A stretch of 63,722 nucleotides of DNA, the filler included, from Octopus bimaculoides (Eukaryota): assembly GCF_001194135.2 (NCBI RefSeq). It is 8 parts of 6 records of this genome, joined end to end, with 100 filler letters (N's around TTAATTAATTAA, not from the genome) between each part and the next. Parts side by side here need not be neighbours in the genome. Positions count along the whole stretch, not along the records: positions 35,954 to 55,754 come from NC_068993.1; positions 55,855 to 59,523 come from NC_068993.1; positions 59,624 to 61,586 come from NW_026391471.1; positions 61,687 to 63,722 come from NW_026322143.1; 4 more parts are not named here. One strand, written 5' to 3'. The stretch's first letter is position 1, and the number at the start of each line of letters is the position of its first letter. The notes beneath the pieces are model-generated. The model worked only from the letters and a program-made list of their open reading frames with translations. It was not told where the DNA came from and did not search any database. This document shows positions 51,248-63,300 of the stretch, piece after piece. The translations under genes and the position numbers were made by a program.

Positions 51248-51514
51248 GCTAACCAGCCTCCAGTGATGGGACCTATACTTGGTTGTTTTATTTGCAAGAA
51301 ATAAGAAAACGCCCCCACACACAAATTACACTCCCTCGTGTTATAAAAATTAAACAGGAACCCTATAAGATTTCGTTGTTAAAATTCATGTGCATCAAAT
51401 TCATTATACTTACATACAATACACAAAATACAAAAACAAAATTTGTACAATTCCTTATAATACTTAATTAGAAAATATAAGGATTTCAGCCGTTTATTGT
51501 AGGTAGTAATGATA

Positions 51515-51666
51515 TATTGCAAATTAAATAAAACTTTGGGCATTTAATATAAAAGTTCTAATTTTCAGACCTATGTTCCAAACTGATGGCCGAGTAACAA
51601 TATTTTGCAAATTAAATATAACTTTGGGTATTTAATATAAAAATTATAATTTTCAGACCTATGTTT
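51515..51666. repeat. Local direct duplication, 88-bp period
   Basis: TTGCAAATTAAATA at 51517/51605; CAGACCTATGTT at 51566/51654. Confidence 0.85.
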
Positions 51667-51669
51667 GGC

Positions 51670-51900
51670 CCCGACTGTACAGTCTCAAGTGCTACGACTC
51701 CTAGGATCGGTTACCCAGCTTCCATGCCTTACAAGTAACTGAACTCACAACCTTTCCTTTGATCGGGATGCCAACCCGACGCAGGGTTACTCTTTTACAC
51801 CTCAGTGAACAAAACGCAGACGTCCAATTTGTCAATCGAAATCACGACCTTGCAGCCATGAATACAACATCCATAACCACAAGGCCACGCAACCTCAGAC
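51670..51900 (-). mobile_element. Old tRNA-headed SINE, family E
   Basis: Minus strand GGTTGCGTGGCCTTGTGGTTATGG...GGTCGTGATTTCGATT head, then TAACCCTGCGTCGGGTTGGCATCCCGATC. Confidence 0.5.
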
Positions 51901-52375
51901 CATAAAACCGGAAATTATTTCAAACGCTTCTACTATTGTTAGTCTTCGCTTTCACGGTTCTGTGTAATGACAGGCAATTTCGCCATAGAAGTCAGCTAAT
52001 TAATATTATGTTTTAACATAATAACTAATTATTCCGTTTCGACTTCAACGTATCTGGTTAATTTATTAGTAAGTAATTGCTCAAGTTACTTTGTTACTAA
52101 TATCAGTTATTTAAATAGTTAGATCACTAATAGTCAACGTGTGTGTGTAAACTATAAAATATTTCGTTAAGCAGCCATTTTCTTTTCACTATCGTTTTCT
52201 TTTATGATGATAGATATATTGGTCTATGAAGTGATATAACTAGTTAATTAGAGGGTTTACTCATAAATCAATGGAACAATCGATTAGAACACAAGCAAAA
52301 AAAGAAATCACAAGCGCCTGGATAAATATTTATTTTTATATATATTCACAACTGTGTGAAATAGTGAAATAGAAA

Positions 52376-52406
<31 letters not shown>

Positions 52407-53025
52407 NNNNNNNNNNNNNNNNNNNNNNNNNNNNNNNNNNNNNNNNNNNNNNNNNNNNNNNNNNNNNNNNNNNNNNNNNNNNNNNNNNNNNNNNNNNNNN
52501 NNNNNNNNNNNNNNNNNNNNNNNNNNNNNNNNNNNNNNNNNNNNNNNNNNNNNNNNNNNNNNNNNNNNNNNNNNNNNNNNNNNNNNNNNNNNNNNNNNNN
52601 NNNNNNNNNNNNNNNNNNNNNNNNNNNNNNNNNNNNNNNNNNNNNNNNNNNNNNNNNNNNNNNNNNNNNNNNNNNNNNNNNNNNNNNNNNNNNNNNNNNN
52701 NNNNNNNNNNNNNNNNNNNNNNNNNNNNNNNNNNNNNNNNNNNNNNNNNNNNNNNNNNNNNNNNNNNNNNNNNNNNNNNNNNNNNNNNNNNNNNNNNNNN
52801 NNNNNNNNNNNNNNNNNNNNNNNNNNNNNNNNNNNNNNNNNNNNNNNNNNNNNNNNNNNNNNNNNNNNNNNNNNNNNNNNNNNNNNNNNNNNNNNNNNNN
52901 NNNNNNNNNNNNNNNNNNNNNNNNNNNNNNNNNNNNNNNNNNNNNNNNNNNNNNNNNNNNNNNNNNNNNNNNNNNNNNNNNNNNNNNNNNNNNTATATAT
53001 ATATATATATATACATATACATATG

Positions 53026-53066
<41 letters not shown>

Positions 53067-53573
53067 GCACACATTCACTCACACACATAGAGTACGCGTG
53101 GGGAGTTTAGCTTAAGAGTAAAATAGGTAAGAAATAAATTAATGTTCGAAATAATCAAGTAATATGAATATGTATATATGCCACACCTCATGTAAATGAA
53201 TTAATATCGTCTATCCCTGTTTGTCCATTTTTTCTCTCTTTATATGTACACACACGCAACTCACACACACACACACACACACACGAACACAGCCACACAC
53301 ACTCACGCACACATACAAACACACACATATATGAAAAAGAGCATATNNNNNNNNNNNNNNNNNNNNNNNNNNNNNNNNNNNNNNNNNNNNNNNNNNNNNN
53401 NNNNNNNNNNNNNNNNNNNNNNNNNNNNNNNNNNNNNNNNNNNNNNNNNNNNNNNNNNNNNNNNNNNNNNNNNNNNNNNNNNNNNNNNNNNNNNNNNNNN
53501 NNNNNNNNNNNNNNNNNNNNNNNNNNNNNNNNNNNNNNNNNNNNNNNNNNNNNNNNNNNNNNNNNNNNNNNNN

Positions 53574-53631
53574 GAACTGAGAATCTTGGGTTTAGTAGCC
53601 TGCGCTCTTAGCCACTACGCCATATGCCCGT
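53574..53631 (-). mobile_element. tRNA-like SINE head, family D, cut by a gap
   Basis: Minus strand GGGCATATGGCGTAGTGGCTAAGAGCGCAGGCTACTAAACCCAAGATTCTCAGTTC (A box and start of B box). Confidence 0.65.
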
Positions 53632-53635
53632 GGGC

Positions 53636-53690
<55 letters not shown>

Positions 53691-53738
53691 TCCTGAAAAT
53701 ACTTTAGGAATAAGAACTCAGGTTCGAAATTTCCACAA

Positions 53739-53784
53739 GACACCTGATGAATGCTGGAGGGTATATCAGCCGAGATGTTGTGTT
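53739..53784 (+). ncRNA. Degenerate PLE-type minimal hammerhead motif
   Basis: GACAC-CTGATGA-A-TGCTG(loop)CAGCC-GAGA-TGT-T-GTGTT; stems I and II pair, GAAA and ACGT each carry one substitution. Confidence 0.55.
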
Positions 53785-54459
53785 AACAACAAACAAGATG
53801 AGGACAAATATCCGTCAAATGTAAAAAATGTAAATAATTTAAATATTAAGCTTAAAAAATTAGTACTGAGTTCGATCTGTCTGACTGAAACCTTAAAGGC
53901 AATGCTCCACCGTTGCTGCAGATCAATGCCAGAAACAGGTAAATGAAAGACAGAGACTGGTCCTTTAAAATGGGGCTGATATACACCTGCACTTTAAAAT
54001 CAAACATGTCTGCCTGATGCGCATAATCTCTCCGCTTGCGTCGTTGTATTAGAAACCATTATGTTTATCTGTTTACATAATTATTTCTTACACTTGCAGA
54101 ACGGCGTTAAACATCTAAGAAATTAGTGATCAAAGTTGATTACCAGATCAATATATAACTAATCAACGAAACAAAACGCGGCTTAGACAGAGAATTTACA
54201 GTCAGTCGTCTAAGTTGGTGGAATTACGTGGGTAACTATTTGTGCGTGTGTGTACGTATGCATGCATGCTATGCATGTATGTATCTATATATGTGAACAT
54301 GTATGTATGTATGTATGTGTGATTGTGTGATTGTGTATATGTAAGACTGAATATTCAATATATCTGTCAGTAAACAAAGAAATACTGTTGCTTCGGCAGC
54401 TTGTTTATATATGAATTGTATCTCTCTCTTTCGCTCTCCTCTGTTGTCATTTCATATCT

Positions 54460-54560
54460 ACCTACCTACCTACCTACCTACCTACCTACCTACGTGTCTG
54501 TCTGTCTGTTTGTCTGTCTGTTTGTCTGTCTCTCTGTCTGCCTGTTTCTGTCTTTCTGTC

Positions 54561-54651
<91 letters not shown>

Positions 54652-54680
54652 GCACACATGCATACAAAGGACATATACAC

Positions 54681-54754
<74 letters not shown>

Positions 54755-54912
54755 GTAGGTAGATAGAGATCGATAGATTGATTGAAAGACAGACAGACAA
54801 CAGATAGACAGACAGAACAGATAGACAGAAAGATAGATAGATAAATAGATAGAGAGAGAGAGATAAATAGATAGACAGAAAGACAGAACGATAGCTAGAT
54901 AGATAGCTAGAC

Positions 54913-54972
<60 letters not shown>

Positions 54973-54985
54973 CGATAGATCGATG
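54460..54985. repeat. Chain of (CCTA),(TCTG),(TC),(TA),(CA),(GATA) microsatellites
   Basis: Directly visible. Confidence 0.95.
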
Positions 54986-56464
54986 CAAAGAAAGATAACA
55001 TTCTTAACTCTTCTAATTGTATTCATAATTTCGCTAATAGTCAGTGTTTGTGTGTGTTTCATTTAGCTTTTGCTCGGCATCGAGTTAGTGGAGCGTCCGA
55101 ATTCATTTGGACATGCAAATGAAATGAAGAGCGCACGCGCTGCATACACCGGTGACAGCGGTGTGGCTGTAGAGAATGCTGGCATTGTGTGCGGGGGTGG
55201 ATGCGAGGACGACGCGTGGATACATGGATGCGAGGATGCGTGGATGCATGGATGCGGCGATTTGAAAGTGAAGGGGATTGATAGAGATACGGAAATTGTG
55301 AAGAGAGAGAGATAGAAAGGTAGAATGGTGGGGGTGGAAATTTCTGTATATATGTGCGTGATTCTGCGTGTTTGCGTGTGTGTATACTTATGTATGTATG
55401 TGCATATATGTATTATGTATGATGTATATATCTTTATGTGAATATTTATATATATATATANNNNNNNNNNGAGAGAAATATTCTCATAAAGATATATACA
55501 TCATATAAGAATGGGCATATATATACATATGTATAGAGGAAGTGAGAGGGAGTAAAAATATTGAGACAAAGATACAGAAAAATGACAGAGAGAGAAAGAA
55601 ATGGAAAGAGAGAAGGAAGCAAAGAAAAAGAGGTGGGGTACAAAGCGTTAGATAATAGAGAAATAGGGAAGCGATTTCGGCGAAAGTGTACATGGTTGTA
55701 GTAACTTTAAAAGAGAAGAAAGTGACAAACGGAGAGGGAGAGAGAGAGAGAGAGNNNNNNNNNNNNNNNNNNNNNNNNNNNNNNNNNNNNNNNNNNNNTT
55801 AATTAATTAANNNNNNNNNNNNNNNNNNNNNNNNNNNNNNNNNNNNNNNNNNNNATCATCATCATCATCATCATTGCCATCATCATCATCATCATCATCA
55901 TCAACTATTGATGTGGGCGAGATATTGTTCAACCAATGGTGTTTGTTGATACGAGGATACGTGGGGGTGGCTGATGCTAATATAAAAATGTGTCGAAGAC
56001 TCGGCTGTAATCTTCTCTCGGTGCCAAGATACCATCTTTGTTTAGCAGAATGCATGCTTCACCCCTTTTCTTTTTGTTTTTTTTTTTGTTTTTGCTTCCT
56101 TTCCACGCCAACCACTATTTACTTTCAGCAGTTGTGTCTTTTCTTTCTGCAACCGTTTCTCATCATTCCAATACCCTCAGACTTGAAATCTTGTCACGTA
56201 AAATATTTCACCTTTGACCTCCTCTCCTCTCCCCACCAACTCCTCTGGCACTGGAAATTGTCATCAGAAATAGAATTTTCATTTTAGTCTGTATACCATA
56301 GTGGGAATATCTGTCTGTCTGCCTGTCTGTCTGCCTGTCTAACTACCAGTTTGTGGTGGTGGTCATGGAAAGAATATCTGCCTGCCTGTTTGTCTGTCTG
56401 CTTGTCTGTGGAGGTGATTGTGGTGTAGGTGATAGGAGTAACAAATTCTTATATTGTGACAGCA

Positions 56465-56985
56465 CGCCAGTTGTGTCGACAACAGTGCATAACTGGTACC
56501 TTGTCTTCATCCATCGTCGCTAGGCAGAAGGTAAAATGGTCCTACACCTGCCGGAATTTGAACATGCATTGCACTGCAAGATAGTTTGGCAGAGTGAATT
56601 ATTGATAAATTAAGTCGATAAATTAAGTACCAGTTACGCACTGAGGTCAATGTAATCGACTTAATCCCTTTGTCTGTCTTTGTTTGTCCCATCTATGTTT
56701 AGCCCCTTGTGGGCAATAAAGAAATAAGAGTGAATTATTGAAGTAAGTGAGGACATATATAAGGAGGACCTTTCTATTATAGCCACAAGGCTTGAAATTT
56801 AGGGGAGGATACTAGTCGATTACATCGACCCCAGTGTTTCATTGGTACTTAATTTATCGACTCCGAAAGGATGAAAGGCAAAGTCGACCTCGGCGTAATT
56901 TGAAATCAGAACGTAGCGACAGGCGAAATACCGTAAACTTTTCGTCCAGCGTGCTAACGATTCGGCCAGTTCGCCGCCTTATAGT
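56465..56985. mobile_element. Three family C SINE pieces in -/+/- orientation (56465-56590, 56611-56730, 56790-56985)
   Basis: Shared AAGTACCAGTTA.GCACTG..GTCGA module; the first piece is strongly degenerate. Confidence 0.75.
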
Positions 56986-57069
56986 GAAGTCATATTTTTG
57001 CACACTGACAACACAATGATAATTTTATAGACTAGCGTCTCCTATGCTGCATTACTAAACAGTAAGGGC

Positions 57070-57280
57070 TTCTATAATGAAATTATACTGGTCCTTGGTA
57101 CATCATCAGTCATGTTTCTACTCAATGATTACACAATGTCCTACACTTAGATATTTGTGTGAATAGTGACTCCAATGTTAAATTACTAAAAAAAAAAAAA
57201 AAAGGTGGGGACTTACATAATGAAATTATATTAGGTCTTGGTGCATCATCAGTCATGTTTCTGTTCACTGATAACACAAT
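57070..57280. repeat. Local direct duplication, 143-bp period
   Basis: ATAATGAAATTATA at 57074/57217; CATCATCAGTCATGTTTC at 57101/57244. Confidence 0.85.
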
Positions 57281-58758
57281 ATCTGGTTCATGTTTTAAGA
57301 CCGACAAAATTTTTGTTTTCAATTTGCTTAAATTGTTATTTCTAAGTAAAATCACAGCCCCTTTAAACACTCAGTAGTTCCTTTAGCGTTGCCTTCAAAT
57401 TTTCTGCCCCTTGTAACACCACAAATAAGGTGCTACCATGCAGATTAAAAAAAAAAAAAAAAGACGCTGCTTCACATCTGTTCGACATGCTACATACAGA
57501 TAGCCGACAACTGATGAGGGGTCGGCTTTGTGTTCTATTGAATTAAAAAAAAAAGGACACATTTGATTTGATCTTGTACTCCAAGGTAGACAATGCCCGA
57601 AGAATAGGAATGATGGCCATGGCTGAAATATCTTTGATCGTAGATTTGTCCAGTTACGGCTGAATGGGTCAAACAACAAGAAGAAGAACAAGAACAGGAA
57701 CAAGAAAAAGAACAACAACATTACGCAACACCACATTACACTAAACACTACTACATCAGATTATATCTTATAACGTTCCAACGTTTCTGTCAGTCGATCG
57801 TTCTTTGTTATCCGCAGTATATGACTGGTACTTAACATACGGATACCATTTCTGACGTTGGTCACTCCATCACGGTCAACAATATGAAGGGGAAATGGCT
57901 TGCACTGAAATAAACCATGTGTTCGTCACCTCTGACTTCTCTCCTCTCTAAATAGCTGCACGTACAGTATATTTGGACAAAAAACAGACGACCTATGTTC
58001 TGATATGTTACACGCATGGCCAGAATGTGATAGCATCAAGTCTTGTTTTTCACTCCTACTCGTTGTTTTCTCACAATCTCTTTCTCATTGCACCCTCTTT
58101 CTTTCGTTTCTTTCTTTATTTCTTTCCTTCCTTCTTTCTTTCTTTCTTTCTTTCTTTCCATTTATTTTTATTCCTGCTTCTGTTGGATGATTAAATCAAC
58201 ACCTGCTATGTGAGATAAGGCCATCTTTGAATTTATGTGCAAATCATTGAGAGTGGGTGGAGCCATAGAAAGTGAGAGCAAAATGTGGAAGAGAGAGGGA
58301 ATGAGAGAAGGCGAGAGAGAGGAATATAATATATATATAGAGAGAGAGAGAAAGAAAGAGAGGGAGAGAGAGCAGGATATATATANNNNNNNNNNNNNNN
58401 NNNNNNNNNNNNNNNNNNNNNNNNNNNNNNNNNNNNNNNNNNNNNNNNNNNNNNNNNNNNNNNNNNNNNNNNNNNNNNNNNNNNNNNNNNNNNNNNNNNN
58501 NNNNNNNNNNNNNNNNNNNNNNNNNNNNNNNNNNNNNNNNNNNNNNNNNNNNNNNNNNNNNNNNNNNNNNNNNNNNNNNNNNNNNNNNNNNNNNNNNNNN
58601 NNNNNNNNNNNNNNNNNNNNNNNNNNNNNNNNNNNNNNNNNNNNNNNNNNNNNNNNNNNNNNNNNNNNNNNNNNNNNNNNNNNNNNNNNNNNNNNNNNNN
58701 NNNNNNNNNNNNNNNNNNNNNNNNNNNNNNNNNNNNNNNNNNNNNNNNNNNNNNNNNN

Positions 58759-58817
<59 letters not shown>

Positions 58818-58942
58818 CAGAGAGAAAGAGAGAGAGAAAGCGGGAAAGGGTTGGGGATAGAAAAGCCGAAGAGAATGAAAATTAGAAAACGAGGTAGGAA
58901 CACAAATAGAAAGTATATATGTTATGCGTGTGTATGTATGTT

Positions 58943-58995
<53 letters not shown>

Positions 58996-59083
58996 TTGTA
59001 TATATGTATGTATGTATGTATATACATGTGTGTGTGTATGTATATATATATATGTGTGTATATGTATGTATATATATATATAT

Positions 59084-59400
59084 ATGGGAGAATGTACGAA
59101 AAAAAAACAACAACAGACGAGGACAGGTGGTGTAAACAACAAAAGGATGTATTAGTTTCACGCTCGGGAATACAGAAAGTCTTTAACGTTTCGAGCTACG
59201 CTCTTCAACAGAAAGAATACGGAGAAAACAAGGAGAAAAACACGGAGAAAAAAAAATTGAATGGTGTTTGGTCAACGATCTATCATGGCTTCTGTCATGG
59301 CTTCTGCGGACAGGAAGTTCAGAAAGTTCACGCAGGAGAGCTAAAAAAAAGGGGAGATAACAAAAGGGGGAGGAAAAGAACTGTGACCGAAGAACGAGGA
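59084..59400 (-). mobile_element. PLE-type repeat (pseudo-LTR-like) ending in (TA)n
   Basis: Homologous to 23851-24226 and 14176-14275; contains a hammerhead-like motif. Confidence 0.7.
59180..59216 (-). ncRNA. Minimal hammerhead-like motif with CUGUUGA core
   Basis: Minus strand TCTTT-CTGTTGA-A-GAGC-GTA-GCTC-GAA-ACGT-T-AAAGA: 5-bp stem I, 4-bp stem II, palindromic ACGT stem III. Confidence 0.6.
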
Positions 59401-59410
59401 GCTGTGTGTT

Positions 59411-59441
<31 letters not shown>

Positions 59442-59846
59442 ATGCTGGTGATCTTGATGTATGCATGTGTGAAAAAATGGGGAGGGGAGAAAGGAGTTGA
59501 TCAGTTGTAGTGTGCGCGTGGTGNNNNNNNNNNNNNNNNNNNNNNNNNNNNNNNNNNNNNNNNNNNNTTAATTAATTAANNNNNNNNNNNNNNNNNNNNN
59601 NNNNNNNNNNNNNNNNNNNNNNNACGCTAAGTAAGTGTTATGGATAGACCATAGTTAAGCTTCAGGTTCGATAATGATACGTATGAGGAGTCCAACGTGG
59701 GTCATGTATTAGCACGCATATATAAATTGACAGAATGCGATAAAAAAAATTCAAGGCTGTAAATAGTTTTTAGAACATTTATAAAGAAAAGGTCTTACAA
59801 CTGTATCCGGGATATTTTATATATCCCTCAATCAGAGATGGTGTGA

Positions 59847-60308
59847 GAAAATGCTTGAGTAGTAATTATTGTAGAGAATATATGAAATACGGAGGGAAGT
59901 AAAAGACTGAAAGCAGAAGTGAGATACATAAGGATATTGTATTTGCAGTTAATTTATTCAAGTAGAATAGTGTATATAAATGGTGAAGATGTTTCCTATA
60001 CCTTGCGGGTGAGTTATAATGGTAGTTATATTTGGTGCTTCCAAGCATAGAGCCTTATAAACAGTATTGTNNNNNNNNNNNNNNTTTTGGAAAGACCAAA
60101 TATAATTCTATGCTTGGAAGAACCAATTATAACTACCATTAGAACTCACACACAAGGCACAGGAAGCCTCTTCACTTATATACACCATTCTACATGAATA
60201 ATAGAACTGCAAATACAATATCTATATGTATCTCACTTCTATTTTCATTCTCTTACTTTCCTTTGTATTTCATATCTTCTCTACAATAATTAATACTCAA
60301 ACATTTTC
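59847..60308. repeat. Long imperfect inverted duplication, ~210-bp arms, ~40-nt spacer
   Basis: 59847-60059 aligns to the reverse complement of 60101-60308 at roughly 85-88% identity by eye, with one 3-nt indel. Confidence 0.92.
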
Positions 60309-63300
60309 NNNNNNNNNNNNNNNNNNNNNNNNNNNNNNNNNNNNNNNNNNNNNNNNNNNNNNNNNNNNNNNNNNNNNNNNNNNNNNNNNNNNNNNNNNNN
60401 NNNNNNNNNNNNNNNNNNNNNNNNNNNNNNNNNNNNNNNNNNNNNNNNNNNNNNNNNNNNNNNNNNNNNNNNNNNNNNNNNNNNNNNNNNNNNNNNNNNN
60501 NNNNNNNNNNNNNNNNNNNNNNNNNNNNNNNNNNNNNNNNNNNNNNNNNNNNNNNNNNNNNNNNNNNNNNNNNNNNNNNNNNNNNNNNNNNNNNNNNNNN
60601 NNNNNNNNNNNNNNNNNNNNNNNNNNNNNNNNNNNNNNNNNNNNNNNNNNNNNNNNNNNNNNNNNNNNNNNNNNNNNNNNNNNNNNNNNNNNNNNNNNNN
60701 NNNNNNNNNNNNNNNNNNNNNNNNNNNNNNNNNNNNNNNNNNNNNNNNNNNNNNNNNNNNNNNNNNNNNNNNNNNNNNNNNNNNNNNNNNNNNNNNNNNN
60801 NNNNNNNNNNNNNNNNNNNNNNNNNNNNNNNNNNNNNNNNNNNNNNNNNNNNNNNATTAGAGAATGCTCCGAGCTCGCATTAGGCAAGAAGTTGAAAAGG
60901 TTTTTGCCCCATAGCACTCCTTGGACCCTGAGTAATCATATCATCTAAAGTTTGTTAATGAATTCTCTTATATATGAAGATGTTACACCAACATAATAAG
61001 ATATTTGCAGTAACGAGAACCAATTGGGTAGTTAGTATCANNNNNNNNNNNNNNNNNNNNNNNNNNNNNNATTAAAACAGATGATCAATGATTTAAATAT
61101 CTATTAGAAAATGATACTCTAGTTGTCGTTCTTAAACGCTCAACATACCCGGTGATTAAACGAATATCTACAACGAGACAATGACTTCTGATATTATTTT
61201 ATATCTTTATATAGGGAATANNNNNNNNNNNNNNNNNNNNNNNNNNNNNNNNNNNNNNNNNNNNNNNNNNNNNNNNNNNNNNNNNNNNNNNNNNNNNNNN
61301 NNNNNNNNNNNNNNNNNNNNNATAGAGAGTACCTCTGCAAGGTGGCAAATGTAAAGAAATACCTCACAGATATTTCGCTTTCTCCGAATTTGCAATTTTC
61401 CTGTTAATCGATTACTTGTTTCTTTTGTTAATATATATCTCACTCTAAGACATACATAAGCACATATAACCCTTTATATTGTGTCATCGCATAAATAGTG
61501 TGATCTTTTTCATACTTTTTTCATTTTTCAAAATTAAGATAAAGGAAGTTCTTTTTTAATCTAAAATATACTGTCCTTTATTTTCTNNNNNNNNNNNNNN
61601 NNNNNNNNNNNNNNNNNNNNNNNNNNNNNNTTAATTAATTAANNNNNNNNNNNNNNNNNNNNNNNNNNNNNNNNNNNNNNNNNNNNTATATACATATATA
61701 TATATAACTTCCATTTCTCTCTCATCTTCTCTTTCTCTCTCTCTCTCTTTCCCTCTCTCTGAATGCTAAGACTTTTTTCTCACTGTAACTTTCATCTTTA
61801 TATGCTAATTTATAATTCTCTTTTCATTTTGTTGTTTAATTTATTTCCTACTTCGCATTTAATACACACACACACACACACACATACATACATACATACA
61901 TGCATACATACATACATACATACAAACATTCATACATATATATATATGTATATATGCATGTACGTATGTATATGCTTCAATGTTTGCATATATGCGTGTA
62001 TATACGAATCTGCATATATGTGTACGTTGGGCGTTTTCTAGTTTATAGCGTTTTCTCCTCAACATAAAACGTCTTTGCTGGGAGATTCTTCGTTGGAATA
62101 TGTAGTTTTTATTTTACGTGGTGGGATTAAATGAAAGAAAAAAAAAGTGATTGTGAATAAGTGTAGTATATTTATTTGCTTGTTTATCGCAAGAACCATC
62201 TTCGGAGAAAAGTGTTTATTATTTTATATTTTGAATGCAAATGTAAAAAATTGAGAGGGACGCACGCACACGCACACACATACACACACGCACACACACA
62301 TACACACGCGCGCACAGATGTATATATTTATACTTATACTAATATGTATTATATGCACGTCAATATATATATATATGTATATACATGCATATGTATTGAC
62401 ATATATATTATACATATATGTGTGTGTGTATTTATGTATTTATATATATGCATATATGTAAACAAATGCATATGTATATATTATATATATATAAGTTTAT
62501 AATATATATATATGTGTGTATGTGTGTATGTATGTGTATATGTCTATATATACATACGTATAAATATGTGTATATATATAGAAATATATATATATAATGT
62601 ATAAGAATATATATATTAATATTTACATATATATATACATGTATATATATATATACATATATAANNNNNNNNNNNNNNNNNNNNNNNNNNNNNNNNNNNN
62701 NNNNNNNNNNNNNNNNNNNNNNNNNNNNNNNNNNNNNNNNNNNNNNNNNNNNNNNNNNNNNNNNNNNNNNNNNNNNNNNNNNNNNNNNNNNNNNNNNNNN
62801 NNNNNNNNNNNNNNNNNNNNNNNNNNNNNNNNNNNNNNNNNNNNNNNNNNNNNNNNNNNNNNNNNNNNNNNNNNNNNNNNNNNNNNNNNNNNNNNNNNNN
62901 NNNNNNNNNNNNNNNNNNNNNNNNNNNNNNNNNNNNNNNNNNNNNNNNNNNNNNNNNNNNNNNNNNNNNNNNNNNNNNNNNNNNNNNNNNNNNNNNNNNN
63001 NNNNNNNNNNNNNNNNNNNNNNNNNNNNNNNNNNNNNNNNNNNNNNNNNNNNNNNNNNNNNNNNNNNNNNNNNNNNNNNNNNNNNNNNNNNNNNNNNNNN
63101 NNNNNNNNNNNNNNNNNNNNNNNNNNNNNNNNNNNNNNNNNNNNNNNNNNNNNNNNNNNNNNNNNNNNNNNNNNNNNNNNNNNNNNNNNNNNNNNNNNNN
63201 NNNNNNNNNNNNNNNNNNNNNNNNNNNNNNNNNGCATCATAAACATTCATAATGTTCATTTCAAATGATGCATAGACGTATACGAGTATGTATGTGTGTG

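Noticed and set aside
54083-54240. Good acceptor (TTTCTTACACTTGCAG) and a possible donor
   Set aside because: Stops in all three frames; a non-coding exon cannot be supported from sequence alone.
57100-57530. CTGATGA motifs (minus strand at 57103 and 57246; plus strand at ~57510 inside an AGCCGAC/GTCGGCT hairpin)
   Set aside because: No correctly placed GAAA, stem II or stem III, so not hammerheads; no C/D box pair.
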